A stretch of 48,986 nt of DNA, taken from the NCBI GenBank assembly GCA_035650735.1, contig DASRGZ010000204.1:1-48986 (forward strand), given 5' to 3'. The notes below the pieces were generated by a model. It was not told the origin of the DNA. It was given only the letters and a program-made list of their open reading frames with translations, and made no database searches. This DNA is from Chthonomonadaceae bacterium. GTDB lineage: Bacteria > Armatimonadota > Chthonomonadetes > Chthonomonadales > Chthonomonadaceae. Shown here in pieces: positions 21,023 through 31,181 of this stretch. Each line of letters begins with the position of its first letter. Position 1 is the first letter of the stretch. A program made the position numbers and the translations under genes.

Positions 21023-21252
21023 ACCACTCGCTGCGCTAGAGACACGGAGGCACGGAGGAAAAGCCACACGGAGAAAGGCAAAAACCCTTTGGACAGGATT
21101 AACGGGATGAACTGGATTTCCACCTCACAGAGAAGCTCTGCTACTCTATCTTTGTGCAATCCTGTCTCAAACTTTGGTCTTTTCTCTGTCTTTCTCTTTG
21201 TCTTTCTCCGTGTATTCTCCGTGTCTCCGTGCCTCTAGCGTTAGCGGGTGGT
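21023..21252. repeat. Inverted-repeat element built from tandem CACGGAG units (MITE-like)
   Basis: accactcgctgcgctagagacacggaggcacggag...ctccgtgtctccgtgcctctagcgttagcgggtggt; inner gacaggatt/aatcctgtc inverted repeat. Confidence 0.75.
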
Positions 21253-21278
21253 GAAAAAGTTTCGTTGAGGAGGCTACG

Positions 21279-22211
21279 ATGCCGTTTGCGTATGAACTGG
21301 CCCGCTTTATTCCGTTTCGGGATGCCGGGGCCTGCGCCCGTGTCCGCGCCATTACCAAATCGGAGCTGACCCGGCACCCCAACCCCGACTTTCAGATCCG
21401 CATCATCGAAGCACCCGCCGACTTCTACTTCGCCTTCGCCCTCGACATCGTAGAGCGCATCCGGCAGGCCCGCGACGAAGGGCGGGAGTGCACCCTGATC
21501 CTGCCGGTCGGCCCGGTGCCCCAGTTCACTTTCGCCGCCGAGCTTATTAACCGCCTCCGCATCCCGCTCTCGCATGTCCATACCTTCAACATGGACGAGT
21601 ACGCCGACCAGGACGGCAACACCGCGCCGACGGATTGGGAAGGCTCGTTCCAGCGGGCCATGTGGGAGAACTTCTTCAGCAAGATCGATCCGGGGCTGCG
21701 CATGCCGGAAAGTCAGATCCACTTCCCGACCAGGGAGGCCCTCCCGGACTACGGCAAGCGCATCGCCGACCGGGGCGGCGCGGATGTCTGCTACGGGGGT
21801 ATCGGCTGGTGCGGCCATATCGCCTTCTGGGAGGCGCACCTGGGCGATGAGTTCATCAAGGCAGATGGCACTGCCGACATGGATGCTTACCGACAGGCCG
21901 GGCCGCGCTGTGTGGAATTGCATCCCATGACCATCATGCAGAACGCGCTGCACTCCTTTGGCGGCGACTGGAGCTGGGTGCCTCCGAAGGCCAACACCAT
22001 CGGCCCGGCAGAGATATTGGGCGCGAAGCACCGCTCCTTCTGGCTGGACGGCGACCTGGGCGGCGGCGTGAGCTGGCAGCGGTTCATCGCGCGGCTGGTG
22101 GCGCACGGCCCGATCAACGTCTATGTGCCCGGTTCCATTCTCCAGACCGTCCGCACGGACTACACCTTCCTGGGCGGTGTCGCCGACAACGTCGAGATCC
22201 ACATGGCTTGA
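21279..22211 (+). CDS. Glucosamine-6-phosphate deaminase/isomerase-like protein (NagB/RpiA fold)
   Basis: LILPVGP, HTFNMDEY, GGADVCYGGIGWCGHIAFWE motifs. Confidence 0.85.
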   Translation: MPFAYELARFIPFRDAGACARVRAITKSELTRHPNPDFQIRIIEAPADFYFAFALDIVERIRQARDEGRECTLILPVGPVPQFTFAAELINRLRIPLSHVHTFNMDEYADQDGNTAPTDWEGSFQRAMWENFFSKIDPGLRMPESQIHFPTREALPDYGKRIADRGGADVCYGGIGWCGHIAFWEAHLGDEFIKADGTADMDAYRQAGPRCVELHPMTIMQNALHSFGGDWSWVPPKANTIGPAEILGAKHRSFWLDGDLGGGVSWQRFIARLVAHGPINVYVPGSILQTVRTDYTFLGGVADNVEIHMA

Positions 22212-22417
22212 CGCCTTCCCGCCGGGGGAAGAGGCGGAGAGGGGTGGGGCTTCCTGGGAAAACAGGAGGCCCCTGGCTGTTTGGTTTGAGTGCCTTGATG
22301 CCCTGATGGTGAGCGAGAAACGGCTGCTTGAGCGCCTGGGGGAAATCCTCCCAGTGCTGCTCGTATTGCGATATATTTTGCCGCGTGACGTGACGATTGC
22401 CGGGGAATCGGCCAACT

Positions 22418-22434
22418 TTGGCATAGATTATGCA
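22418..22434 (+). promoter_or_regulatory. sigma54 (-24/-12) promoter of the glycosyltransferase cluster
   Basis: TTGGCATAGATTATGCA = GG-N10-GC, about 70 nt upstream of the start codon. Confidence 0.65.
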
Positions 22435-22505
22435 ATGCCGATCCCCGTAGATATACTGCTCTGCGGATTGACAGCGTGCTGCGTATTCTCCGGAGGGAAT
22501 ACTTA

Positions 22506-23471
22506 ATGATAGAGCGAACGCGCGCCGGCATCCCAGACCGGATAAGCCTGGAATCAATATCGGTTGTTATCCCTATTCGCAACGAAGAACAGACCATCCG
22601 TCCCCTCTATGAGCAGCTTACGACGGTGCTCCAGTCCCTGACCGGCGATTACGAAATTCTCTTTCTTGACGACGGTTCCACCGATAGCTCGGCGGCCATC
22701 ATGGAGAGCCTCTGGCAGCAGGACAGCCACGTTAAAGCACTCCAACTGCGCCGCAACTTCGGCAAGGCGGCGGCGCTGGCCGTCGGGTTCGCGGAGGCGC
22801 GCGGAGACATCGTCCTTACCCTGGATGGCGACCTGCAGGACGATCCGCAGGAGATCCCGCGCCTGGTGGACGCCCTGCGCGAAGGCTACGACGTCGTCTC
22901 CGGCTGGAAGCGGGTGCGCCACGACCCGCTCTCCAAGACCGCGCCCTCGCGCCTGTTCAACTGGGTCGTCTCCCGCACTACCGGCATTCATCTCCACGAC
23001 TTCAACTGCGGCTTCAAAGCCTACCGCCGCGAAGTCGTCAAGAACGTCCGGCTCTACGGCGAGATGCACCGCTTCATTCCGGTGCTGGCCCATAGCCGGG
23101 GCTACAAGGTGACGGAACTGCCGGTCACGCACCATCCGCGCAAGCACGGCAAATCCAAATACGGCATCGAGCGCCTGCTGCGCGGCTTCTTCGACCTACT
23201 GACCATCCTTTTCCTCACCCGGTATCTGTATAAGCCGCTCCACTTTTTTGGGGCGCTGGGCCTGCTCACCTTCCTGGTCGGCTTCGGCATTGACGCCTAC
23301 CTGGCCGCCCTCTGGTTTGCCGGCGTCGGCATCGGCACGCGCCCGCTCCTGAGCCTGGGCACGCTCCTGCTCGTCATCGGCATGCAGCTTATCTGTACCG
23401 GCTTGATCGCCGAGCTAATGATCTACCTGAAGCGCGACCAGGACAACATTATCGGCAAGCGTCTGGAATGA
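22506..23471 (+). CDS. GT2 polyprenol-phosphate glycosyltransferase (ArnC/DPM1-like)
   Basis: ISVVIP, DDGSTD, RNFGKAAAL, LDGDLQDDP, DFNCGFKAYR, YGEMHRFIP; two C-terminal TM segments. Confidence 0.93.
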   Translation: MIERTRAGIPDRISLESISVVIPIRNEEQTIRPLYEQLTTVLQSLTGDYEILFLDDGSTDSSAAIMESLWQQDSHVKALQLRRNFGKAAALAVGFAEARGDIVLTLDGDLQDDPQEIPRLVDALREGYDVVSGWKRVRHDPLSKTAPSRLFNWVVSRTTGIHLHDFNCGFKAYRREVVKNVRLYGEMHRFIPVLAHSRGYKVTELPVTHHPRKHGKSKYGIERLLRGFFDLLTILFLTRYLYKPLHFFGALGLLTFLVGFGIDAYLAALWFAGVGIGTRPLLSLGTLLLVIGMQLICTGLIAELMIYLKRDQDNIIGKRLE

Positions 23472-23565
23472 CCTCCAACGGCTGCGCCCCAAAAACTGAA
23501 CAAGCCGGCCAGCGGGCTAGAGGAATGGACATGGTGACCGCCCAACGGCTGTACCCCGGAAACGC

Positions 23566-24822
23566 ATGAACGTCCCGGCTTTCCATCCCCCTCAAGAGAG
23601 CGGCGGCAGCCTGCGCGTCTGCCTCGTCACGCACGTCTTTCCGCGCCATCCCGGCGATAGCGTCGCGCCGTTCCTGAACGGCTTCGTCAAGGCGCTGCAC
23701 CGGCAGGGCGTCGTCGTGGAGGTCGTCTGCCCGCACGCCGCCGGGCTGCCCGGCCTGGAGGAACGGCAGGAGGCGACCATCCATCGTTTCCGGTACGGCC
23801 CGGCGTCGCTGGAGACCCTGGCCTATCACGGCGACATGCACGAGCGGGCGCGCACCCTCTCCGGTCTGCTGCGGCTGCCCGCCTTTCTGGTCGGCTTTCT
23901 CGGAGGCGCACTCGCGCACGCCCGCCGCGCCGATCTGATCCACGCCCACTGGTGGATACCGGGCGGAATCGTGGGTGCCCTGGCGGCACGCATCTTGCAC
24001 AAGCCGCTCGTGATTACCCTGCACGGCACAGACGCCTATATGCTCGGCAAATCGCCCCGGCTCGTCCCGGTCGCCCGCTGGGTGTTGGGCCGCGCCGCGC
24101 GCGTGATCGCCAACTCTCAGCGCACCGCCGAAGAGGTCGTAAAGCGCCGCCTCGTCGCTCCGGAAAAGATCGCCATCGGCGCGGTCGGCGTAGACGCCGA
24201 CCTCTTCTTCCCGGTCGCAGAGCCGCTCGCGGAGACGCCTGCGGAAACGCCCGCGCCGCGCCTCCTCTATGCGGGACGGCTGGCCGCCATCAAGGGCGTC
24301 GAATACCTGATTCGCGCCGTCCCGCCGATACGCCGGGAATTTCCCGACGTGCGCCTGCACGTCGTCGGCGACGGGCCGGAGCGGGGCCGCTTGGAGGTCC
24401 TGATCGCCGAGTTGGACTTGCAGGAGAGCGTGCAGATACTCTCCGGCGTCTCGCAACAGTGCCTCGCCGATCACTACCGATGGAGCGATGTCGTTGTCGT
24501 TCCCTCCATCGTCGAGCCGGGAGGGCGTCAGGAGGGCCTGGGCGCGGTCATCCTGGAGGCGATGGCCTGCGCCCGGCCGGTGGTCGGCACGCGCACGGGC
24601 GGAATACCGGAGGCGGTTTGCGATGGGGTGACGGGCCTGCTGGTCCCGGAGCGTGATCCCGGTGCTCTCGCGGAGGCCCTTCTCTCCCTCCTCAAAGACC
24701 CGGCCCGCAGGCGGCAGATGGGGCAGGCGGCGGTCGCCCGTTGCGCGGAAGAATTCACGCTAGACGCGCTTGGCCGGCGCACAGTGGAGGTCTATCGCTG
24801 CGCCCTGGAAAGGAAAATGTGA
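23566..24822 (+). CDS. GT4 glycosyltransferase
   Basis: DLIHAHW, TLHGTD, GRLAAIKG, EGLGAVILEAMAC, GGIPE motifs. Confidence 0.93.
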   Translation: MNVPAFHPPQESGGSLRVCLVTHVFPRHPGDSVAPFLNGFVKALHRQGVVVEVVCPHAAGLPGLEERQEATIHRFRYGPASLETLAYHGDMHERARTLSGLLRLPAFLVGFLGGALAHARRADLIHAHWWIPGGIVGALAARILHKPLVITLHGTDAYMLGKSPRLVPVARWVLGRAARVIANSQRTAEEVVKRRLVAPEKIAIGAVGVDADLFFPVAEPLAETPAETPAPRLLYAGRLAAIKGVEYLIRAVPPIRREFPDVRLHVVGDGPERGRLEVLIAELDLQESVQILSGVSQQCLADHYRWSDVVVVPSIVEPGGRQEGLGAVILEAMACARPVVGTRTGGIPEAVCDGVTGLLVPERDPGALAEALLSLLKDPARRRQMGQAAVARCAEEFTLDALGRRTVEVYRCALERKM

Positions 24823-24832
24823 GCTGAAACTA

Positions 24833-25014
24833 GCCCTCACCCCCAACCCCTACTGCCAGGGTCGGCGCTCAACAGTTCGCGCTTCCGCCTGGCGATCAAA
24901 AAGAACAGGGGAGGGGAGAGCAGAAGCCGGGTTACCCCCTTCCCTCGCAGGGTCGCAAGGCAGAGCCGCGAACCGTTGAGTGGCGTCCCTTGCAGTGGGG
25001 GCCGGGGGGTTAGG
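24833..25014. repeat. REP/MITE-like family A composite element
   Basis: ccctcacccccaacccc...ggggccggggggttagg ends; internal segments shared with 42848-43282. Confidence 0.75.
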
Positions 25015-25038
25015 TCAGCCCGCGCGGGGAGGACTGAG

Positions 25039-26751
25039 GTGATCGAGGCCGGTCAGGAGAGAGAGCAAGCCTGCACCTTGCGGGAGGATCAGGCCGTTGT
25101 CGGCAGGCAGATGCCCAATCGCCTGCTCCGGCTCCTCTCGCACCGGCTGGCGCTTCCCCTGCTGCTGCTGGCCCTGCTGCTCTATTATCTTCCCGGCATC
25201 CGACCGGCCCTGGCGACCAGCCACGACGACGGCACCTACGTGGTCACGGCGCGCGCCCTGGCCGAAGGGCACGCCTACCGCATCGAGTCGCTGCCCGGCG
25301 CGCCGCTCCAGACCAAATATCCGCCGCTCTACCCGGAGCTGCTGGCCGTCCTCTGGAAGCTCTCTCCGCAGTTTCCGGCCAATTTGCTGCTGTTCCACCT
25401 GGCGACCATTGGACTCTGGCTGGCGGCTCTCGCCCTGACGTACCGGCTGCTGGTGCGCTTTGGCTACGCATCGCCTCCCGTCGCCTGGCTCGTGGTCGCC
25501 CTGTGGGGGCTGGCCTTCAACAGCGCGCGCTACACGTCGGCGCTGCGCTCGGAGCCGCTGTTCACCCTGCTGATGGTCGGCAGCCTCTGGTATGCCGAGC
25601 GGACGCTGGAGGCTAGGCCGGATCGCAGCGCGCTGCGCTTTGCCGCCCTATCGGGCCTGCTGGCCGGGCTGGCCTTCCTGACGCGCACTACCGGCATAGC
25701 CTTGCTGGTCGGGCTGCTCTACGCCCTGTTTCGGCCACAGCGCCGTGTCCTGCCGGCCCTGTGCGCGGGCGCGTTGCCCTGCGTCGCCGGGTGGACGCTC
25801 TGGTCGCGCCTGCATCCGCGCCTGGCTCCCTGGGACCTGCGCACCTACTATCTCGACTATGCCGCCTGGACCGCCCGGCAATTAGCCCAGATCCCGCTGC
25901 CAACGGTCGTCATGGCTAACCTCACCAAGCTGGCAACGTCGGCGCTGCCCGGCCCGGCGATCCACCTGCTCAACCAGGTGACGGTGGGGCAATGGGCGCA
26001 GAGCCGCCTGGCTATCGTGATCTGGCTCCTGGGGCTGGCCACGACCGGGCTGATAATCTGGGGCGGGCTGGCGCTCTGGCGGGCCGGGCGTCCCCTGCTG
26101 CCCTGCGTGGTTTTGCTGACCGCGCTGCCACTCTGCCTCTACCCGTTCGATGTCGAGCGCTTCCTGGTGCCCATCGGCGGCCTTTCCGTCCTGCTGCTTG
26201 TCGAGGGCTGGCGGCGTCTGCAGCGCGCCCTCGGACGCGGCGCCCTGGCCCTGAGCGTGCTTACCGGCCTGATCCTGCTGCTGGGCCTGACGCGCGATCT
26301 GCGCTACCTGCGGGACACGCTGCGGCCCTCCTACGACCCACAGGAGGCGGCCATCGCCTGGACGCGCGCCCATGTCGCCCCCGGCGAGGCGGTCTACTCC
26401 CTGATCGATCCCTGGATCTACCTCTATACCGGGCGGCAGGGCATCAGTGACCACGCCTGGATAGGACTGGAAGGGAGCGGCCTCGCGGTGCACTGGAAGT
26501 ACCGCGCCGATTATTGCCCGGCAGCAGATCGGCAGCGTGAGCAACTGCGCCAGATGAACGTGCGCTGGATTCTGGATATGGGCGACCTTCAGGAGCCGCG
26601 GGAGTACCCGCCGCCCGGTATCCTGGCCACGCATCCGCAGTGGTTTGACCTTGTCTATTCGGCAGGCTCCGGCAGGCTCCACGTCTACCGCCTGCACGAT
26701 GCAGGGTCCTTGACGCCAAATCTCCCCTCCCCTAGAATTGGGGATCGCTAG
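25039..26751 (+). CDS. Polytopic membrane GT-C (ArnT/PMT-like) glycosyltransferase
   Basis: DDGTY, KYPPLYP, SEPLFT, LTRTTG motifs; multiple TM segments. GTG start at 25039 with GGAGG RBS; alternative ATG at 25111. Confidence 0.78.
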   Translation: MIEAGQEREQACTLREDQAVVGRQMPNRLLRLLSHRLALPLLLLALLLYYLPGIRPALATSHDDGTYVVTARALAEGHAYRIESLPGAPLQTKYPPLYPELLAVLWKLSPQFPANLLLFHLATIGLWLAALALTYRLLVRFGYASPPVAWLVVALWGLAFNSARYTSALRSEPLFTLLMVGSLWYAERTLEARPDRSALRFAALSGLLAGLAFLTRTTGIALLVGLLYALFRPQRRVLPALCAGALPCVAGWTLWSRLHPRLAPWDLRTYYLDYAAWTARQLAQIPLPTVVMANLTKLATSALPGPAIHLLNQVTVGQWAQSRLAIVIWLLGLATTGLIIWGGLALWRAGRPLLPCVVLLTALPLCLYPFDVERFLVPIGGLSVLLLVEGWRRLQRALGRGALALSVLTGLILLLGLTRDLRYLRDTLRPSYDPQEAAIAWTRAHVAPGEAVYSLIDPWIYLYTGRQGISDHAWIGLEGSGLAVHWKYRADYCPAADRQREQLRQMNVRWILDMGDLQEPREYPPPGILATHPQWFDLVYSAGSGRLHVYRLHDAGSLTPNLPSPRIGDR

Positions 26752-26830
26752 GCGGAGGCGCGAACCATTGAGCGCCGACCCTAGCAGTGGGTGGCCGCAG
26801 GCCGGGGCGGGGGCCAGAACTGAAGAATCC

Positions 26831-27781
26831 ATGCGTAAACTACTCGCTAACCTCAAAAGCCGGCAGCTTAAGGGCGCAATCGGGCTGGTGGCGGTGCTCT
26901 TTCTGGCGCGGTGCCTGGTTCGCTATGGGTATCAACTGCCCCCGATGCGGTTGGCCGATCTGGCGCCTGCCCTGGCCGTCTGCCTGCTGCTGATGACATT
27001 GCAGCGGCTCGTCGGCGCGGCCCTGTGGTTTGGCGTGCTCGGCTCCTGCGGGCCGGGTCTTCCCCTCTGGGATGCCCTCCGCATCCATACGCGCGCGCAG
27101 TTGGCGCGCTACATTCCCGGCAACGTCTGGCATATCTTCAACCTCTCCTACTGGTGCCGGCAGGAGGGGATTCCCGTCGGCCCGGTGGTGGCGAGCCTGC
27201 TGCTGGAAAACGTCTACTCGGTGCTCGGCGGGGCCTTTTTTGCCCTCGTCACCGCGCCGCTCTGGCTGCGCAGCGGCTCCCGGTACTCGTTTGTCCTGCT
27301 CTGTCTGGCCTTTCCGGTCGGGCTGCTGCTGGTGCATCCGCGCGTGTTTCGCCCATTGCTGGCGATCCCGGCACGCCTGCTGCGCAAAGCGCCGCCCGAT
27401 TGCGCCCTGACCTTCGGCCAGAGCCTGCTTTTCGTGCTGCTTTACGGGGTCTCTTTCCTGGGGCATGGCCTGGCGCTCTGCGTGCTCGTCGCCGCCACCC
27501 ATACCGGCCCGGTGGCGCTGTTCACGCTGGCAGGCATCTGCGCGGCATCCTGGACCGTCGGGTTTCTGAGCTTCCTGACGCCGGCGGGGCTGGGAGTGCG
27601 GGAAGGCGTGATGACCCTGATGCTGGCACAGTTTCTGCCGATGGGAACTGCGCTGCTGCTGCCGCTGCTGCTGCGCTTTCTGATGGTGCTGGGGGAGCTG
27701 GTCGCGGCGTGTCTGCCGTTCCCGCAGCAGGAACGAGCGCTGCCGCGCGTGGAGGGAGAATTGGTGAAGGAGCGTGAATGA
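26831..27781 (+). CDS. Lysylphosphatidylglycerol synthase TM-domain / flippase-like protein (UPF0104)
   Basis: QLARYIPGNVW and TPAGLGVREG motifs; multiple TM segments. Confidence 0.85.
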   Translation: MRKLLANLKSRQLKGAIGLVAVLFLARCLVRYGYQLPPMRLADLAPALAVCLLLMTLQRLVGAALWFGVLGSCGPGLPLWDALRIHTRAQLARYIPGNVWHIFNLSYWCRQEGIPVGPVVASLLLENVYSVLGGAFFALVTAPLWLRSGSRYSFVLLCLAFPVGLLLVHPRVFRPLLAIPARLLRKAPPDCALTFGQSLLFVLLYGVSFLGHGLALCVLVAATHTGPVALFTLAGICAASWTVGFLSFLTPAGLGVREGVMTLMLAQFLPMGTALLLPLLLRFLMVLGELVAACLPFPQQERALPRVEGELVKERE

Positions 27782-29328
27782 TGGGCCTGGCAGTAGATAG
27801 CCCTGCGGCCACGACGTCGCATGCAGTGGTCAAGGACAAGGCGCGCACCCGCTCGGAGGTCGGGTACGTTCTCGGCATTCTGCTTCTGGCGCTGGCGCTG
27901 CGCCTCTATCAGCTTGGGAGACACAGCCTGTGGCTGGATGAGGGCTTCAGCATCGGCGATTCGCAGCACTTGACCGGCTTCAACCGCGCCCGCCCGCTCT
28001 ACTATCTGCTGCTGCGTTTCTGGATGCAGTTCCGAATGGATGAGTTCTGGCTGCGGCTGCCCTCGGTCGTCTTCAGCGTGGCGAGCATCGGTCTGCTCTA
28101 CCTGATCGCCCGGCGGCTGGCGGGGGCGCGCGTCGCCTGCCTGGCCTCCCTGCTGATGACGCTTGCGATAGGCGAGATGGACCACGCGCAGGAGGTTCGC
28201 ATGTATACGCTGGCGACCTTCCTGACGCTCGGCTCCGTTTATATGCTGCTGCGCTGGGTCGAGAGGCCGTCCTGGGGACTTCTATCCGGTCATATCGTCT
28301 TTGCCTGGCTGGCGCTGGTGACCACGCCTGCCACCCTCTTTGCCCTGCTTCCGGCAGCAGGTCTGGCCCTTTATGCGGTGCGCCAGAATCGCCAGACGCT
28401 GCTGGCGCTGCTGACGGGCTACGCCCTGCTGCTGCTGGCCTGGGCACCTCTTGCCCTCTACGCGCGCCGAATGGAGCAGGGTCTCGGCGGCGCGGATCGC
28501 TGGCTCAATTGTCCCACCGCAACCGATTTCTTCTTCCTGCCCTACCAGTTGTTGCTGGAGTACCTGGTCTTTAGCGGCCAGAGCCTGCCGACAACGCTTC
28601 TCGTCTGGGGCTTTCAGGCCCTCCTCTGGCTTTTAGTCGGTGCGGCCCTGGTCGGCGCGGGCGAGTCCTCCCCGGTTCGCTCGGGCCGCCTTGTGGCCGC
28701 GTGGTTTTTCGCCGCGCTCCTGGCCGTCTTCATAATCTCCGTGTTGCGCACGCCCATCTGGTCGGCCCGTTACTTCCAGCCCATCGCCCCTGGCCTCTAT
28801 CTGCTGCTGGCGATTGGATGGGTCCGCCTGGCGCAGCGGGCACGTCCGGCTGCCCGGATCCTGGGAACCGTGCTGCTGGGGACGCTCTTGCTCGCTCTGA
28901 CCCGGTACTACCCCAAAATGCTGCATGAGGACTGGCGGGGAACTGCCGCCTGGGTGCAGGAGCGGGCGCAGCCGCAGGACGTCATCTGCATCATCGCCCC
29001 GATAGCGCACAACGCCGCCTATAACGGCGAAACTCTGCTGTGGCGCTACTACTACCACGGGGCCGCTCCCATTCAGACCCTCTTTGCCAACCTGCACATC
29101 ACCGATCACGCCGATGCAAAGGCGGTTGCGGCGCTGCTGGAGCAGATTCCGGCGCATTCCGGTCGGGCCTGGCTCGTATTCCGCAACGATCCGCGCCTTA
29201 TCCAGGCTGGCCTGCTGCCCGTTCTGGAAGCGGAGCTGCGCCGCCGCTACGTCGTTGGCGATACGCGCACTACGGAGTACATGGAAGCGTGGGGCGTAGC
29301 GCCCCGCCCGAAGACTGTCCGCCGCTGA
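27778..29328 (+). CDS. GT39/PMT-2-like membrane glycosyltransferase
   Basis: LRLYQLG..SLWLDE, PLYYLLL, LRLPSV, AQEVRMY, EDWRG motifs; ATGA overlap with the upstream gene. Confidence 0.88.
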   Translation: MMGLAVDSPAATTSHAVVKDKARTRSEVGYVLGILLLALALRLYQLGRHSLWLDEGFSIGDSQHLTGFNRARPLYYLLLRFWMQFRMDEFWLRLPSVVFSVASIGLLYLIARRLAGARVACLASLLMTLAIGEMDHAQEVRMYTLATFLTLGSVYMLLRWVERPSWGLLSGHIVFAWLALVTTPATLFALLPAAGLALYAVRQNRQTLLALLTGYALLLLAWAPLALYARRMEQGLGGADRWLNCPTATDFFFLPYQLLLEYLVFSGQSLPTTLLVWGFQALLWLLVGAALVGAGESSPVRSGRLVAAWFFAALLAVFIISVLRTPIWSARYFQPIAPGLYLLLAIGWVRLAQRARPAARILGTVLLGTLLLALTRYYPKMLHEDWRGTAAWVQERAQPQDVICIIAPIAHNAAYNGETLLWRYYYHGAAPIQTLFANLHITDHADAKAVAALLEQIPAHSGRAWLVFRNDPRLIQAGLLPVLEAELRRRYVVGDTRTTEYMEAWGVAPRPKTVRR

Positions 29329-29365
29329 GCCGGATAGGTTTAGAAGCGGCTACCTTGTGGCCGAC

Positions 29366-29480
29366 GGGCTAATGAATTTGGATTAATGGATACCGAGCGT
29401 GCGAGCCTCGCTGCCTCAAGGACGCGAACTCACTTTACTAAATGAACGCTCGGTGCTAATTTGTCAATCTTCATAAGCCC
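29366..29480. mobile_element. AT-richer 115-bp MITE-like element
   Basis: Terminal inverted repeat gggctaatgaa/ttcataagccc and inner accgagcgt/acgctcggt. Confidence 0.55.
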
Positions 29481-29485
29481 TTCGC

Positions 29486-29610
29486 TGGGTAGCCTACGGC
29501 TCAGTGTCGGCCTACACCGACACATCCTGCCGGTAGGCTCTCTAGTGCCCGCGTAGGCGGGCACTTGGCCGTAGGCCCTACAGCGGCAGGGTTTAGCCTG
29601 CCGGGTTTTT
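29486..29610. repeat. Cluster of GTAG/CTAC REP-like hairpins between convergent genes
   Basis: gtgtcgg-cctaca-ccgacac, gtgcccgc-gtag-gcgggcac, cggcagg-gtttag-cctgccg. Confidence 0.6.
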
Positions 29611-30473
29611 TAATGCCCGACAGCTTCACGCCAGGAGTGTTTGGGCTGCCAGCCCAGAACCTCTTTGGCGTGCGTGCAATCCACCAGGGAACGGTAGGGG
29701 TTGCCGGCCAGATAGGTTTGCCGATCTATCCTCCAGGGCGTCTCCGGGTAGAACTGATCCACCAGCTCGGCTGTGGGAACGTCCATCGTCGTATCGTCGG
29801 CGGCCAGCAAAAAGGCGTCGTGAGTGATGTTCTGCGCCGTCAGGCCGAGCAGGGCCGCCTCGCACACGTCGCGCACATCCACATACGCCCAGTAGTCGCC
29901 TTTGCCCCACTCCAGACGCATCTCCGGGTTGCGGGAGAACCAGCGGGCGTAGTGGTCGGGCGCCGCCACGTACATGGGCCGGAGGCAAACGGTGACGATG
30001 TCGTGCTGATTGGTAAAGCTGCGGCAGGTCTCCTCGCCCAGATGCTTGGAGAGCTGATAGGGCGTCATGGGATGGCGCGGATAGGCGTCGTCAATGGGCA
30101 GGTAGGCTGAAGGGCGATGCCCGCCGAAGTTGCCGAGCGCGTTGACGCTGGAGAAGTAGACGACCCGCCCCACGCCGGCCTCCGCGCAGGCCAGAAGCAC
30201 ATTCCACGTCCCCTGCACGTTGACCGCCAGCACGTCCTCCGGGGCGCCGCCTCTATCGCTGGCGATGGCGCCCAGATGCGCCACGGCGTCCACGCCCTGC
30301 ACGGCCTGCCGCACCGCCGCAGCGTCGCGCAGGTCGCCGGGCAGATGTTCGCTGCCCTCCTCCGGGCGCTGCGCCGCCCGGTCGAACGTCCGCACCGCAT
30401 GTCCCGCTTCGCGCAGGGCTTGCACCAGCCAGTGCCCGATGTGCCCTGCGCTTCCCGTCACTAATACACGCAC
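29610..30473 (-). CDS. NAD-dependent epimerase/dehydratase (extended SDR)
   Basis: VLVTGSAGHIG, YQLSK (YxxxK), YVDVRDV motifs. Confidence 0.92.
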   Translation of the reverse strand: MRVLVTGSAGHIGHWLVQALREAGHAVRTFDRAAQRPEEGSEHLPGDLRDAAAVRQAVQGVDAVAHLGAIASDRGGAPEDVLAVNVQGTWNVLLACAEAGVGRVVYFSSVNALGNFGGHRPSAYLPIDDAYPRHPMTPYQLSKHLGEETCRSFTNQHDIVTVCLRPMYVAAPDHYARWFSRNPEMRLEWGKGDYWAYVDVRDVCEAALLGLTAQNITHDAFLLAADDTTMDVPTAELVDQFYPETPWRIDRQTYLAGNPYRSLVDCTHAKEVLGWQPKHSWREAVGH

Positions 30474-30612
30474 GTTCCTGGTCTCGCTTTCTATAGAAAA
30501 TCCGCAGCTACCCCACGGATGCCAATGCCGAGAAATAGAGAGAAGGCAATGGACCTGGTCTGGAGCAGAGCGTGAGGTTCGTTGTTTCCACTCCGGCGGC
30601 GGGCGTTCTCCC

Positions 30613-30638
30613 GGAACCTATCCCGGATCGGAAACGTC
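30613..30638 (+). promoter_or_regulatory. Possible ECF sigma promoter
   Basis: GGAACC-16 nt-CGTC upstream of 30672. Confidence 0.4.
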
Positions 30639-30671
30639 AGGCGGATACCTTAAAGTTTCCGGAGGAATGGG

Positions 30672-31139
30672 ATGACCCTGATACAAGCACAGCGCCGGTA
30701 CTGGGCCTATGAGGATATGACTCTGCAACTTGAAGATGTCCTGCAAGATCTGGATGATCCGGATGCCCAGCGGGCCGCGCCCTACCTTACCGCAATCCAG
30801 GCCGAATACGAGCCCACCGGAAGCCTGCTGATCCACTTTGCCAGCCCGGACGGATTGCGCTACCGGGGGCGCGTCTATGCCGTCCCACCGGACGAGGAGG
30901 ACGTATCGGCCTATAACTGGATCGTCGAGATCGAGCCGGACGCGGAGGGCGAACCCACGGTAGTGGACTATGAGGAGACATTCTATCAGCCGCCCAACGG
31001 CCCGCCCATCCGGTTCCAGGATCTGATGGGCGCTCTGGTCGCCATTGCGGAAGCCGTCTATGCCGAGTCGGATGTGGATTACGGTTCCCCGAACTCGGTC
31101 ATGTGTGCGGACGGCTTGGACGGCTTCGAGTACGAATGA
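30672..31139 (+). CDS. Acidic hypothetical protein
   Basis: GGAGG RBS; 155 aa; GC3-biased codons. Confidence 0.75.
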   Translation: MTLIQAQRRYWAYEDMTLQLEDVLQDLDDPDAQRAAPYLTAIQAEYEPTGSLLIHFASPDGLRYRGRVYAVPPDEEDVSAYNWIVEIEPDAEGEPTVVDYEETFYQPPNGPPIRFQDLMGALVAIAEAVYAESDVDYGSPNSVMCADGLDGFEYE

Positions 31140-31181
31140 GGTCCGGCCCTCGTTTGTGCTTAACTCTTCGGGCGTGGGCGC

